A stretch of DNA of 64,000 nt from NCBI GenBank assembly GCA_038087875.1, contig JAXLNO010003705.1, positions 1 to 64,000 of the forward strand, read 5' to 3'. Source of the stretch: Malacoraja senta (lineage: Eukaryota). Under the pieces are notes generated by a model. It did not search any database, was not told the DNA's origin, and saw only the letters and a program-made list of their open reading frames with translations. Shown here piece after piece: positions 25,265-37,987 of the stretch; position 1 is the stretch's first letter; each line of letters starts with the position of its first letter. Made by a program: the position numbers and the translations under genes.

Positions 25265-26035
25265 CTGTTGAGTGTATAGTTTGGTTGTAGTTTATATATT
25301 GTTTTTAGCTGTGTATATGTGGGGGGGCGGGGGGGGGGGACTTTTAAATCTCTTCCCTATACGGGGGACCCGACCTTTTCCCTGTCGGGCCTCCGTTGTC
25401 GCTGGGGCCTAGCATCGTGGAGCGGCCTCCAACCGGAACGACCTGGGGGCTCCAGTCGCGAAGCCTGCGGACTCACCATCGTGGAGCTGGCCGTCTTTGG
25501 AGCGTGGAGAGCTGTGGTGGCGCGCGGCTGCGACCCGACTTCGGAGGCTCCAGCCGCAGGCCCGGTGGATGGTGACATCAGGAGCTCGCGGGTCCCTGGT
25601 GGGAGTCCGCTTTTCGGAGCTCCTGCAACGGCAACTTCTCCCGCCCGAATTGCGGGGTTGAAAACGACCCGGAGCGGGGCCTTACATCGCCCTGCGTGGC
25701 TTTAACGGCCGCGGGATTTGCCATCGCCCGCCGGGGGCTCCAACATCAAGACCCGGAGCAGAGCCTTACATCGACTGGCGCGGCCTTAACGGCCGCGAGA
25801 CTTGCCATCGCCCGCCGGGGGCTTTAACATCAGGAGAAGAATGGAAAACTGGGGAGAGACAATGACTTTGCCTTCCATCACAGTGAGGAGGAGATTCACT
25901 GTGATGGATGTTTGTGTAAATTGTGTTAATTGTGTGTCTTGGTTTGTTTTCTTCTTCTTGTATGACTGCAGAAACCAAATTTCATTTGAACTTCATTTGA
26001 GGTTCAAATGACAATAAACGGTATTGTATTGTATT
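25075..26035 (+). mobile_element. GC/CpG-rich non-coding retroposon-like element
   Basis: Collinear with 62588-63400 in the opposite orientation. Internal tandem duplication of about 82 bp, 3' stem-loop, CAATAAA and (TATTG)n tail. Confidence 0.8.
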
Positions 26036-26550
26036 TGCTGTATGTTTGATGACAGCCCTCAATACAACTAGAAAGCCAACATCTGACCGTGACTACATAG
26101 CTAGATTCCTGGACTGCAATCCAAATGTTATCCAGGGACCCTTACAGTGTGATACAAGTTAAGCATTTCTCCAATTAATATCCAAATTTTAAAAATCCCT
26201 GCCATTTGATCAAATTAGCAATGTTTTAAAGAAAGAAGCCAGATGACTGTAAACCAACTTGTGTATAAAAGCAAAATATCTTTTTTTAAATCAAGTAAAT
26301 AAGAAAGCTGAGAAGGTGCGAGTGGAGCTTACAATTATTAAAACCAGAGACAGGGAAAAACTGCCTTTTAATAACCTCAATAAGAGAAAATCCATGGAGA
26401 TTGGATTCTATAAACAATGTTCCAATGAATAGAACAGATTAACTGTGTTATTCCATATATCCACTCTGTATCTGTTTCTAGTTTATACTACGGGTTCTTC
26501 AAACTTTCTAAGATACTAAATGGGCTCACAGACTGACTGTAAACACAAAC

Positions 26551-26686
26551 CAAGAGCTGGTGTGTCATGAAGAGGTCTTCTGCGTGGATTTGTAGCAGTA
26601 AAAGGATAGTACACTGTTCCAGGTTTTCCTGAAGATGGTAAAGGCGCAGGGCTGCCTATTCCCACATCTGATCGAAGATTACTGGA
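26551..26686 (-). CDS. TCF12: TCF12 internal coding exon (136 bp, about exon 7): [45 protein letters not shown]
   Basis: gttttgcag|TCCAGTAAT...GCTCTTG|gtttgt. Phase 0 in, phase 1 out. SSGKPGT-YY and RRRPLHD motifs match TCF12. Lies within track ORF 26516..26749. Confidence 0.95.
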
Positions 26687-29134
26687 CTGCAAAACAATGC
26701 AACAATAGTCACTTAATTCCACTCTGCTGCAATGTTCAATATTGTCCATTCAACTCAAAACAACATTTGATCTTTAATCTGATTTATCTCAACACTTTCT
26801 CATAAACAAACTGAAAAATTAGAACAGTTTTGAATGCATAAATTTTGGCTTCAGCTTTAAGTGTCGAAACAACTTTACACACGACCAGAAACGATTTATT
26901 GATAATACTAGTTTTTAATTTTCACCTATTTAATAAATTGACATGAATATCAAAATTTAGCACGCAGAAAGCAGCTTTTTCCAATCTAAAGATGTGTGAT
27001 GCAACAGTTAACAAAGGTCAACAAATACGAGGAAGCCTGTTACATTACCAAGACCAGCTGTAGACTCTATTTAAACGAGAACACGAATCAGACCTCAAGT
27101 GACAATGCATTTATTAAGAATATACATTTAACGAGAAATTTGGATTCAACACTCCAGATTGACCTTCTGTAAAATGCTATACATTCTTAATATTAAATAC
27201 CAGGCTTTCATTTCTCATCATTTGTAAATTGACATGGATAACTTGTGTTACTTTGCTTTAAAATTTTAATTTTCCACAGATAGCACCTATTAGTAACCTC
27301 GCTTTACCCTGAACATGACAGGGAATTCTTTTTTCAGAATTTTAAATATTATACTGATTTTGAGATTATATATTGAATTATTACAATTTCATGGAAACAA
27401 TACAATCCATCCAAGAGATACTGTTATATCTTTGCAAAAGTGTGCTTCACATTAACTTATTCACCGACACCATGATCCATAAAAAGAACATCTGAGTTTG
27501 AATAGAACATACTCACAACAAGGCACAACATTTCACTTTTTCAGATCATTTCCTTACTGTTTTCAACCTACTGATTACAGTTTGGAAAAATCAATAGTTG
27601 AATCTTTGGCTTTGTACGATCAATAAATATTGATTGCATCTCCTTTGGGAGGTTTAAGCATTCAGAAAGATAATCTGCTTGATGAAAAATGAGGTAGTAT
27701 TTGAAACTGTCACAAATCTGCCATCTGCTCTAAACCTGTGAAACCAGGGTCACAATTTAATATACATTTTACTCTAGAAATCAGTCCACTTTATTTCCTT
27801 CAACAGCCCAGAGACAATATTCAATGATTTCTACACAGTAATTTAAATACTTGTAATTGTGAGTTTTAATGCGGGATTCACAAAAACACGGAACATACAT
27901 CCAAGAATAAGCATCCCTAAAATAAATATTAAATATAACTAAAGTATACAAGCAGTTTTGGTCAAAATTAACTTGAAAGAAAATATATATTTGCTCTATT
28001 TCAAAGATATCAGGCCATGTTAGAAAACCAGTGTCATACCAATAAGTTATTTCAATAAATGAAGTCTTAGAAATGTGATCAACAAAAACAGAAACTGATT
28101 ATAATCCTCTCCAATGTTTTGTCCTACGCAAGATTCTATTAAATCCTTCTTACTAACTTGCAATGTTTCAAACCTTGTCTATTGTGCTCCGTGTTAATTG
28201 CTTTATGGAACGCGGCTCAAGGCTTAAAAGAATGCAAAGAAAAATTGACAAATGTCTGATTCTACATTATTGGCAACAAAAAATCCTTTTAACTGAATGA
28301 CAAAAACATCTGCAAAATCACAATGCTTCAAGGCAATCTCTTGAAATTTTAATTATCATCTTTGACGCTAAAAGGTCTTGCAGACATGGAGATAATGACA
28401 ATCATCCATCAACTGCATCCTGCCCGAGTAATCAGGCTAATCTAGCTCACTGGAGAAACAGACAGCAACCTAGGGTACCGAGTAATAAAACATTGCAGTA
28501 CAATAAACAGATGCAAAGTAAATGTTGTCCGGGGTAAACATTGCTCTTGATTTACACCAGTGCATGGAAACAGTGAGCCCGATCAAGTCCAATGCATTGG
28601 TTGCCCATCCAGTCTCCAATACAAATCGCATATCCAACTACTGCATCTGCACATCCCACAAGCGACCTTCCACTCTGCCCCTAAACTTACCAAGTATTAA
28701 CTTTCATCAAGGACATGTTTTTCTTAATTTTACAGTATAGTTGTTTTAGTAAATTGTACATTAAAAAAAATGATAATTCATAAATCCATTTAAACTTTTT
28801 AAACAGCTTTGAATATCCAAGGCTTCAGAATCTTCAGTAATGCCTTTGACAGCAGCAGGCAGTCATAAATCGTCAGTATTGCTCAGGTGGGACAGTGGAA
28901 TTGACCACCAGAAGCCTGGTGGCCACCGCAGCCCACACTCTCTTGCACAGGACTGTGGAATGGAGTGCTCCAACTACAGCTCGTCACAAAATGGCTGCAG
29001 GATTAGCAGGACCAGGTCTACACAGTAGTCTGCACTCAAAATGACTCCTCCAACCATTGAAAAGCAGCAAAAGAAAAATCAAGTATGGAATCTGGTTTCA
29101 CATTTATTGTACTTAAACAACTCAACCATTATTC

Positions 29135-29475
29135 GCAGAGCTAGTTATACAGCACCAAAGCAGGCCCTTCAGCCCACAAAGTCCATGCCAACCTTTTTGC
29201 CCATCTACACCTGCCCATTTGCCCACATTAAATGTATATCCTTTTATGTCTTACCTATTCAAGCTTTTGTCAAAACATCACCTAAATGCTGAGGTTCCAT
29301 GCAATTTCACCACCTTTCTATGTATTGCCATTTCAAGTGCCTAAAATCACTTAAATGCCCTGGTTGTACCAAGTTTCACCACCTCCTCTGGCAGTGAGTT
29401 CCAGGTATAAATCACTCTGCAGGGGATAAAACATTCCTCTCGCTCAAACCCTCTATAAAATACCTTGCTCTCGCC
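29135..29475 (-). mobile_element. Decayed CR1 3' fragment
   Basis: acagcacc...caggcccttcagcccac...accacctcctctggcagtgagttcca pattern. Confidence 0.6.
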
Positions 29476-31534
29476 TAAACTGATGCCATTCTTTTTGTTA
29501 GGCTGTGCCATCACTAAACAAAGTGGGGGGTTTACTGAATTCAGTTAGGATGTGGGTGTTACAGGCAAGGCCAGTATTTATTTCCCACCCCGAATTGACC
29601 TTAAGATCAATGCTATCATCTTAAATCATATGGTGAAGATATTCCCATATGTTTGTTGGGTAAAAAATACCAGTACAGAGACATTACAAGTGGTCATATC
29701 CTGGCATTTGTGCAGTAGCAATGTTAGATACCATTGATCAGCACATGCATGGACTGCTTCAATAGCTTGTGTTCTCAATGAATGTCGACACTATTCAATC
29801 TTCAGAGAACATCCCTATATCTGACTTTAATGGAAAGTCATTAATGAAGCTCCAACAGTTTATGTTTAATTAACTAGCCTGAGAAATCCCTCCAATTATG
29901 TTCCAATCCCTCCAATTAGAACAATCACTCTCCGACAAGGCATCAGCTTCATTTGGTGCAAAATACAATTCCGCTCAATGGTGAATTTCTCCCCAATTGT
30001 CAAGAGTCAAGAGTGTTTTGCATTTGCCCCGAATCAGAACAATTAATATTTTACTTACAACAGCACAACAGGTATGTAAACGTAGTACTCAGCAGATATC
30101 ATAATAAACTTGAAAATTACCATCAGCTGATTTGGTTTCTCATCCGATATGTCACGTTATCTTCAAAAACGTGTTCAATTGCAAAATTTGCAATTCTATC
30201 TTTTTAGAAATATTCAGGATATAGAGTATCAAAGTCTACCTTACATACATCGAGAAAATGTAAATGACAGTCAAACTTAATGTTACTGCTCCAATAGCCC
30301 CATCCTGATCTGAGAAATGTCTTTGCAACTGGTGGAAGTAATGTGTGAAGGAAATTTCAGATTCATCATAAAAAAGCCATTTTACAACTTTCTGCATAAA
30401 GAAACAAAATACACCAGTGTTTGCTAGCGCTAACTGCCCAACCACCCCACCTCCCCACAACCCCGGGATCACCACCTACAGTCTCACCAAAATGTCTACT
30501 TTGCTGGCCCAAAGCAGCCTAGACTACAATGGAATGGCTTGTGGTACACAGAAGCACCATGGAAGTATTACTGCCAGTAACACATCACCCCAGCTTTGTC
30601 AGCTGTAAACATGGAGGAATTTCTAAACTTCATTCAAATTCTCCCATAAATTTAAGAATTGTTCAAGTTGCAGAATTCTAAAAACCTCCAGGAGTCATGG
30701 GATAGATGGGATAGGAGTAGCACCTAGTTAATTCAAAAGACAAGCAGTGTTCAAAAAAGATTTGACATAAAGCCTCCCTGCAGTAATCAAACTGACGCCA
30801 TTGTCTAATAAAAATACATGCTGCCGATTCACAATGGAGGCTGTTTAAGAGATTTGTTTGAAAACAGACAAGGTAGTCTTTTTTACTTGTAAAAGTGCTT
30901 TATTAAACAACGTAACATCCACTGAGATAATTGAAATTCGCCATTGAATGTAGGATATTCAAATTCTATAACATTGTAATCACAGAGGGGAAGACATGAA
31001 TAAATGTTTCGGTTTATCGAACCCCATTGAAATTGTTCTTTTCTGATTTATGGAAGAATCAGGAACGGAACCCTTACGTAACTCAGGGACTGCTTGTACT
31101 TAAAAATCATTGTAACCCCAAAATATTGCAAAACAAACTCAAAAAGAACTAAAAAGGAATTTGCCTTCCAACTTGCCCCTAAATCAACTGTCTTACATTT
31201 CCCACAAAACTACTTTGCATAATAACTGGTACAAGATCTGAAAAGTGATGCCTCAGAATAAATGTCTGGGTATCTTACTGACACTGGACTCCATGTCCAA
31301 ATCCAATAACGGCAGGATTTCTGCATTTAACAAGCCATGAGCAGAGGCTCTTAAATGACTGCAGCAAAACAATTAAATACTGATGGTTATCTGCAAATTG
31401 TCAGCTCCTGACAAGTAGGTTACCATGTAAACAGAGCTGTGAGATCAGCCAAAAGATGAAGCATTTGTAAACACTTTTCCATTTGATTTCTCAGATAGCA
31501 CTACATTAATAAAAAAAATCCAAGAGGGACACAG

Positions 31535-31670
31535 GGAACTGCAGATGCTAGAATCTTGCTTACAACACAAAGTGCTAGAATAACTCTGTGGTATCAACCC
31601 GAAATGTCATATATTCATATCCTCCAGAGATGATGCCTGACCCGCTGAGTTACTCCACACTTTGTGTTCT
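31535..31670. mobile_element. Degenerate fold-back Penelope terminal-repeat element
   Basis: ggaactgcagatgct... minus arm joined to a ...cccgaaatgtca...cccgctgagttactcc plus arm. Confidence 0.75.
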
Positions 31671-31967
31671 AATTAAAACACACAGTGCATCGGGATTTAG
31701 TTTTATGGCCGGAAGAGAAAAATAAACATTTGCAGATATGTTATGTGAATGGCTGGTGGCTCTAGCTGCAGTTAACAATATTTATTTTGCAGTAACTATA
31801 TTCATACAGATTTCAATCATTTAAGTGACTAAATTTTCACTCATCTTTCAAACAACACTTTAATATGAATTCTGCAACACAATCTTGCTTTTCCCAATAA
31901 CATATGGTACATATTTGAGAATGTAGCAAATAGATGCAGATGCATTCAATTAAAAAATGCTGCACAT

Positions 31968-32117
31968 GACAGAAAATGCAGGAGTAACTCAGCGGGACAG
32001 GTAGCATCTCTGGAGAGAAAGAATGGGTGACATTTCGACCCAAAACATCACCCATTCCTTCTCTCCAGAGATGCTGCCTGTCCAGTTGAGTTACTCCTGC
32101 ATTTTGTGTCTATCTTC
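31968..32117. mobile_element. Fold-back Penelope terminal-repeat element forming a hairpin with a stem of about 68 bp
   Basis: 31968-32035 is the near reverse complement of 32042-32110. Confidence 0.88.
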
Positions 32118-32295
32118 GAGGAAAGGGTTGGAGCTTCATGGTCAAACTGTGCACCATTTGTTCATTTTGTTATCAGGCTTTCAAAGATGTTAGATTCTCT
32201 CTCATCTTATTCATTCGTTCCTGCCCCACCAATGTTTACCAAGTCCAAGACTTCATGAATTCTTCCTTTTGTCATGTCCGTCCGTACAGGCATAA

Positions 32296-33398
32296 AGCCA
32301 CACCTCTGCCACAGCCACTGTCACTCAAGGCGTTCCCCAAGGCTCCGTTCTTGGTCCCCTCCTCTTCATCATCTACATCCTCCCCCTTGGTCATATACTC
32401 CGTCACTTCAACCTGGACTTCCACTGCTATGCTGATGACACCCAGATCTATCTCAGCACCAAGTCCCCCCATCACCCCCCTCTCTCCCAAATCAACTCCT
32501 GCCTATCAGCCATCAAATCTTGGATGCAACTCAACTTCCTTAAATTAAACAGTAGCAAAACAGAATTTCTCCTCATTGGCTCCAAATCAACACTCACTAA
32601 AATTAACAACCCCACTCTCACTATCGACGGCACCACTGTCTCCCCATCTCCTCAGGCACGCAACCTTGGCGTGATCCTTGACTCAACCCTCTCCCTTGAG
32701 CCTCACATCCGCCATGTTGTCAAAACATCATTTTTTCACCTCCGCAACATTGCAAAAATCAGATCGTCTCTCACACCCACCGCTGCTGAAAGACTCATCC
32801 ATGCCTTCATCTCCTCCCGACTGGACTACTGTAACTCTCTTCTTTTCGGAATCAATTCCAGCAGCATCAAACGACTCCAACTGGTCCAAAATGCAGCCGC
32901 TCGACTCATTACCCACACCAAATCCTGGCACCACATCACCCCAGTTCTCAAAGAACTTCACTGGCTTCCCATTTCCCACCGGATCACCTACAAAATCCTG
33001 GTCCTCACCTACAAAGCCCTCATCAACCTGGCCCCCCCTTATCTCATTGACCTCCTCTCCCCCTACCAACCCTCACGGTCCCTCAGATCCACATCAGCTG
33101 GTCTCCTCTCCACTCTGAAATCAAACCTCTGCACTTTTGGAGGCAGAGCCTTCTCCAGGGCAGCTCCCAGGCTCTGGAATTCCCTCCCACAACCGGTCCG
33201 AAATTCTGAGTCCCTCACCATCTTCCAGTCCCGCCTCAAGACCCGTCTCTTTACCTCTGCATACCCTTAGTCCCATGTTCCCCTCCCCTCTGTCTTACTG
33301 CTCTATTTTGTTTTGTTTATTCCTAACTCTCAATTGTAAAGCGACTTTGAGTCCTGAAAAGCGCTATATAAATAAAATCTATTATTATTATTATTATT
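32296..33398 (+). mobile_element. 5'-truncated L2 LINE with uninterrupted RT C-terminal frame
   Basis: [54 protein letters not shown]; AATAAA and (ATT)n tail. Confidence 0.95.
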
Positions 33399-33469
33399 CA
33401 CACAGCTTGATACCTCCTATTCCATGCTCTAAAGTTATTTGGTGGAAGGGAAGTTGCACAAGCAGCTGA

Positions 33470-33630
33470 CTGCTGCGGGAACTCAGTGGGTCAGGTAGCG
33501 TTTGGGGAAGATTTCAATTGGAAGAATCCCTACAGAAAGCCATCAGTCCATTTCCCTCCACATATATTGCCTGACCTGCCGAGTTCCTCCAACAATTTGC
33601 TATTTGCTCAAGATTTCAGCATCTTTAAAT
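33470..33630. mobile_element. Degenerate fold-back Penelope terminal-repeat element
   Basis: tgctgcgggaactcagtgggtcaggtagc ... gcctgacctgccgagttcctccaaca inverted arms. Confidence 0.65.
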
Positions 33631-34039
33631 CTTATCTCCTAAATAACATACAAGTCCAGTTTGCAATTAAAAGTGTATCCTGAGTGTGGAAGAGGAGGAT
33701 GTACATAGTTCTGTGATGTTCCGTGGCGTCTTCCCGACCACCTAATTCAAATTTTTGGATTTTTCTTGATTTAACTGGAAGTATATTTTTCATGCGTTCT
33801 CTTTATCTTCCTGTAGGAAGGAGCTACAGATGCTCGTTTACATCGAAGATGAAATAGTGGACCACAAGAACACTAATATATTACTGTTATTTTTTAAAAA
33901 GGCATAAATTAAGTCAATTTAATATTGGCAGTGAACAAGTAGTTGAAACAAATTCTAAGTGAAAGCACAAAGAAGCAATTAAAGAGTAATTGGTCACAGT
34001 AAGTTATTCCTAGTGATAGATAAGTGGTCGAATCGAATT

Positions 34040-34755
34040 TAGTTTTAAGTAAGTTTATTATTGTCATGTGCATCGACGTGGTGAAACGCTTTTGTTTGTG
34101 TGATATCCAGAGAAAAGACTATACATGAACACGATCAAGCTGCCCAGTGCACAGGTAAATGATGAAGGGTACAACATTACATGCAAGATATAAAATTAGT
34201 CTGATAAAGTCTGCTTAAAGATAGTTTGAAGGTCTCCAATTAGAGAGATGAGAGGTCAGGACTGGACTCTAGTCGATGAGAGGATCGTTCAGTTGCCTGA
34301 TAGCAGCTGGGAAGAAACTGTTCCTGAATCTGAAGATATGCATTTTCAAACTTCCAAACCCGCAATTGCAGCAAATTATGGACGCAGCCCAGACCATCAC
34401 ACAAACCAACCTCCCTTCCATTGACTCCATTTATACCTCACACTGCCACTGTCTCTTCTACATACCTCTTTATACCACAAACCTGCCTCCAGTTTCTTCC
34501 CAGCTGTTATCTGGCAACTGAATCATCCTACCACAACTAGAGAACAGCCGTGAACTACTATCTACCGCATTGGAGACCCTCAGACAATCCTTGATCGGTC
34601 TTTGCTGGCTTTACCTTGCACTAAGCGTTATTCCTTTATCATGTATCTCCACTGTAAATGGCTCGATTGTAAACATTTATTGTCTTGCTGCTCACTGGAT
34701 AGCACACAACAAAAGCTTTTCACAGTACCTCAGTACATGTGACAATCAACTAAAC
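34040..34755. mobile_element. Two Rex1/Babar-like 3' fragments in opposite orientation (about 34040-34350 minus, 34355-34755 plus)
   Basis: LPSIDSIY and FFPAVI-like motifs; tgacaat(a/c)aactaaac tails at both outer ends. Confidence 0.7.
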
Positions 34756-36294
34756 TTCTGCACCACGCTGATGGGAGAGGGGTGAAAAGAGAGTGACGTA
34801 GTTTATGTCATTCCTGCATTTTTCAGCTAAGGCATCGAACAGAAGAGCATGGAGAATATAAAAGTGTTTTAAGATACTAGTTAGGCCACAGCTAGAATCC
34901 CATGTATAGTTTTGACCAGCTCACCACAGAATGGATGTGAGCACAAGAGGATTCAGGGGAGATACACAAATATAATTTCACTCAAAGAACAATGGGGCTG
35001 CAGAATTCTTTTAAAGCACAAAACTGATAATCATATTTCAAAGATAAGATCTTGAAGAGACGTAACCCTCAAGATCATGAATTCTTTATTATGCTTACGC
35101 CTCCAATATCTCAGTCACTAATCTAAACTGCAACATCAGCATCATTAATTTCTATTCACGCCCTCCTCCCCAGCATTTTCACTTCCTTACAGCATCATAT
35201 TCTTCTAAACAAATCTTTGTGCTGCCACACACAATATCTTATTTATTCATTCCATTATCTGCCCCTCTTCTCAGAATTAAATTATAGGGTTTTTTTAGTC
35301 CAAAACCTCAAAACCTTTGGTTTCTTTTTAAATGTTATTTATCTCTAAATTTTCTTCATTTTCTTTCTGAATTTCACTTTTAATATCATTTCTTTACTTT
35401 TGATGTTCTTCCAAAACTTTTGAGTGTGTTAAGCTCTTCATCTCTGACTTATGCTTTCCTTTTTTGCCTTATCCTACCCTCCAAGCACATCATCTTCCAG
35501 GGAGCTTTTTATTTGTAGAGTACCATAGATTTTTTGGTGGGATGATATTAACCCTGAACTCCTTGGATTTCTTTTTTAAAATACATTCCATTACACCAAG
35601 ACCAATTTACCTTCCAGTAGCTGTTTCCAGTCCACTTTGTGACAGCTTTGCCCTAATTCATTGTTCTCCTGGCAATAAAAGATATACATAGCAACATGGA
35701 GTCCACATATCAATGCAAGTGACATTCTTCTCCTTGCCAATATGAAGGAATTCTAAAAGTGCAAGGATACCACAGCTACAACAATCCAAACACGGGTAGA
35801 TATACATTTCATCCTTTTATATTTATACAGTTACATGATTAGATAGGGCAAATAATTAACACAGAAATAGCCAGATAAAGAAAATCACTACAGTTCACCA
35901 CAGTGCATATCAGAATTGGATAGCAACCATGAAGATATGTCCCTGAACGTATTATAACTCAGAAATGTTATCGGAAATCTTGACATGCTTAGTAACTACT
36001 GAATCATTTTTCAGAAATGCTGAGATGCATACTCTCAAAAATGATAGACAATATAGATAATATTGCTCACAGTCAAGTTGAACATGGATAAATCACCAAA
36101 TTTCTATATGATGGTTCTCATTCTTTGTCCTAGTTTAGGCAGGATCGAAATGATACAAAATTCAAGATATCAAAATAAAATCTCACATGCAGTTGCAATC
36201 TGAATAAAGCCAAAATATTAACCGTGCATTCTTCAGGATTTGTTTCAGATGCTTGACAAACATTGTGTCAGCACCATGAAAAGCATAAACTTAC

Positions 36295-36359
36295 TTGACA
36301 TACTGGTATCACTGGATCTCTATTGTATGGTGGAAGAGAACTCCTCTCTGAAACTTTTC
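36295..36359 (-). CDS. TCF12: TCF12/HEB internal coding exon (65 bp, about human exon 6): (G)KVSERSSLPPYNRDPVIPVCQ
   Basis: Minus strand reads tttctttcaag|GAAAAGTTTCAGAG...GTATGTCAA|gtaagt. Phase 1 in, phase 0 out. Peptide aligns with human [22 protein letters not shown] as recalled. Confidence 0.92.
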
Positions 36360-36499
36360 CTTGAAAGAAAGAAAATCCAATTTAGGACAGGAGACTAGTA
36401 TTGTACAAGATCAGCCAGCATTACAGATTAAAGAGAATGCATATCTTTTGGGCGCTCAAAAATAACAGAACAGATTAATGACGTTAAATAACGTGACAC

Positions 36500-37150
36500 T
36501 ATAAAAATATGGCATTCAGAGAAATCTCAGTGATTTCATACAACTCATACAAGTAACTAAGAAAATTAACATGTGGGTACTCTAAGGCAACAAGAAAAAT
36601 AAATGGAATTGTGACCTTTCTTGCAAGGGTCAGAGTATGAGAGCAAGGAAGCTTTGCTGTAACTCCTCAAGGCGGAGTCCACACCAGAATTATGCACACA
36701 ATATTAACCGTCTTATTTTAGCAAAGATACATTGATCTTCAGGTTAATGAATTTAAGGGTCACGGGATTTATTCCTAGGATTACAGATTTGACTTCAAGG
36801 AAGATTGAACAGAAGGGTCTATACTGTTGGAGTTTAGAAGATTAAGAGGTGATCTCAATGAACACAAGAATCTGAACAAACTTGATAACACGTGTTTACT
36901 ACGGGTGGAGCAATCTCCAACTAAGGGAATTAGATTAAGACAAGGGGTAACCTTTTTAAAAGGAAAATTCTCTTCTCACAGAGGGCTGTGAATCATCGGA
37001 ATTTTCTATCCCCGAGGGCTGTGGATGCTCCACTTTTAAGCTGATTCAAGATACATGGACAATCGAGGAATAGGGTTTTAAAGGATCAGGCCAGAAAATT
37101 GAATTGCGGCCAAACAACAGAGCAGCTATTGTTTTATTGAATAACTAAGA
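36500..37150 (+). mobile_element. Decayed CR1 3' fragment
   Basis: ttggagtttagaagattaagaggtgatctc and ttctcacagagggctgtgaatc motifs. Confidence 0.7.
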
Positions 37151-37987
37151 CCGCTCACGGAACTGTTGTCCTCAAATTATATAAGCTATTTATATAATAA
37201 TTTGACTTTATAACATTGCGAAATCAAATTTGTAATCAGTATTACTACAAAGAACACCAATGAATAACCAGATGGGTAATTTGAACTTTTTTTTTAGGAA
37301 ATGGGGAGAAAGAGTTTTTAGAAGAAACACATTTGACAAAAAGAACAATCTACTTTTATTTAATACTTTGACATTTTTAAACCTACATCATAAAGTTCAA
37401 GAACCATTGGAACTTCAAAGTGTAATACAGGCTGCTTCTACAAATGTGAAACGTACAATCAGTTTGTAAAAACTATAAATTCAAAGCTGCAAATAAAAAG
37501 ATCCTCAAAGTTAAATCAGTTTTTGCAGGCCATAGAACACTGAATAAACATGTTTACATTTGTGCACCTTAAGGTTTATTTAATCTATAAAAACTAATCC
37601 CACAGGATTCACTCAAAATGTATGTTTTATAGGGGTTTCCCCATGTTCTGTATTATAAATATACCATTCTCAGTACATTTTCCATATATGGGACAGTTTG
37701 CAATATTTGGAACATCTATTTGTGTAAACATTCATCCCAGTGATTAAAAAGAAAAGGCCACAAGGACTCAAACCTGATGAGAGCGATTCAATGTATTAGC
37801 AGCAGGAAAGCCACTAATAAAGTTAACACATGCAAGATTGGAAAAGGAACAGGAAGCTAGAAATGACCAATTGCTTGGAAAGTCAGATGCCAAATAAGGG
37901 TTGAGATATTTCTCTTTCCTCAAGAAATAATTCTATTTTAAAGAATGAATCACAGAAATGTGTCCTTGCCAGCAAACAAAACTGAGC

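Noticed and set aside
25319-25705. GC-rich ORFs here and at 46498-47067 and 62910-63316 as host genes or CpG-island promoters
   Set aside because: They lie in dispersed repeat copies and are open in several frames because of GC content. No domain was recognised and the frames differ between copies.
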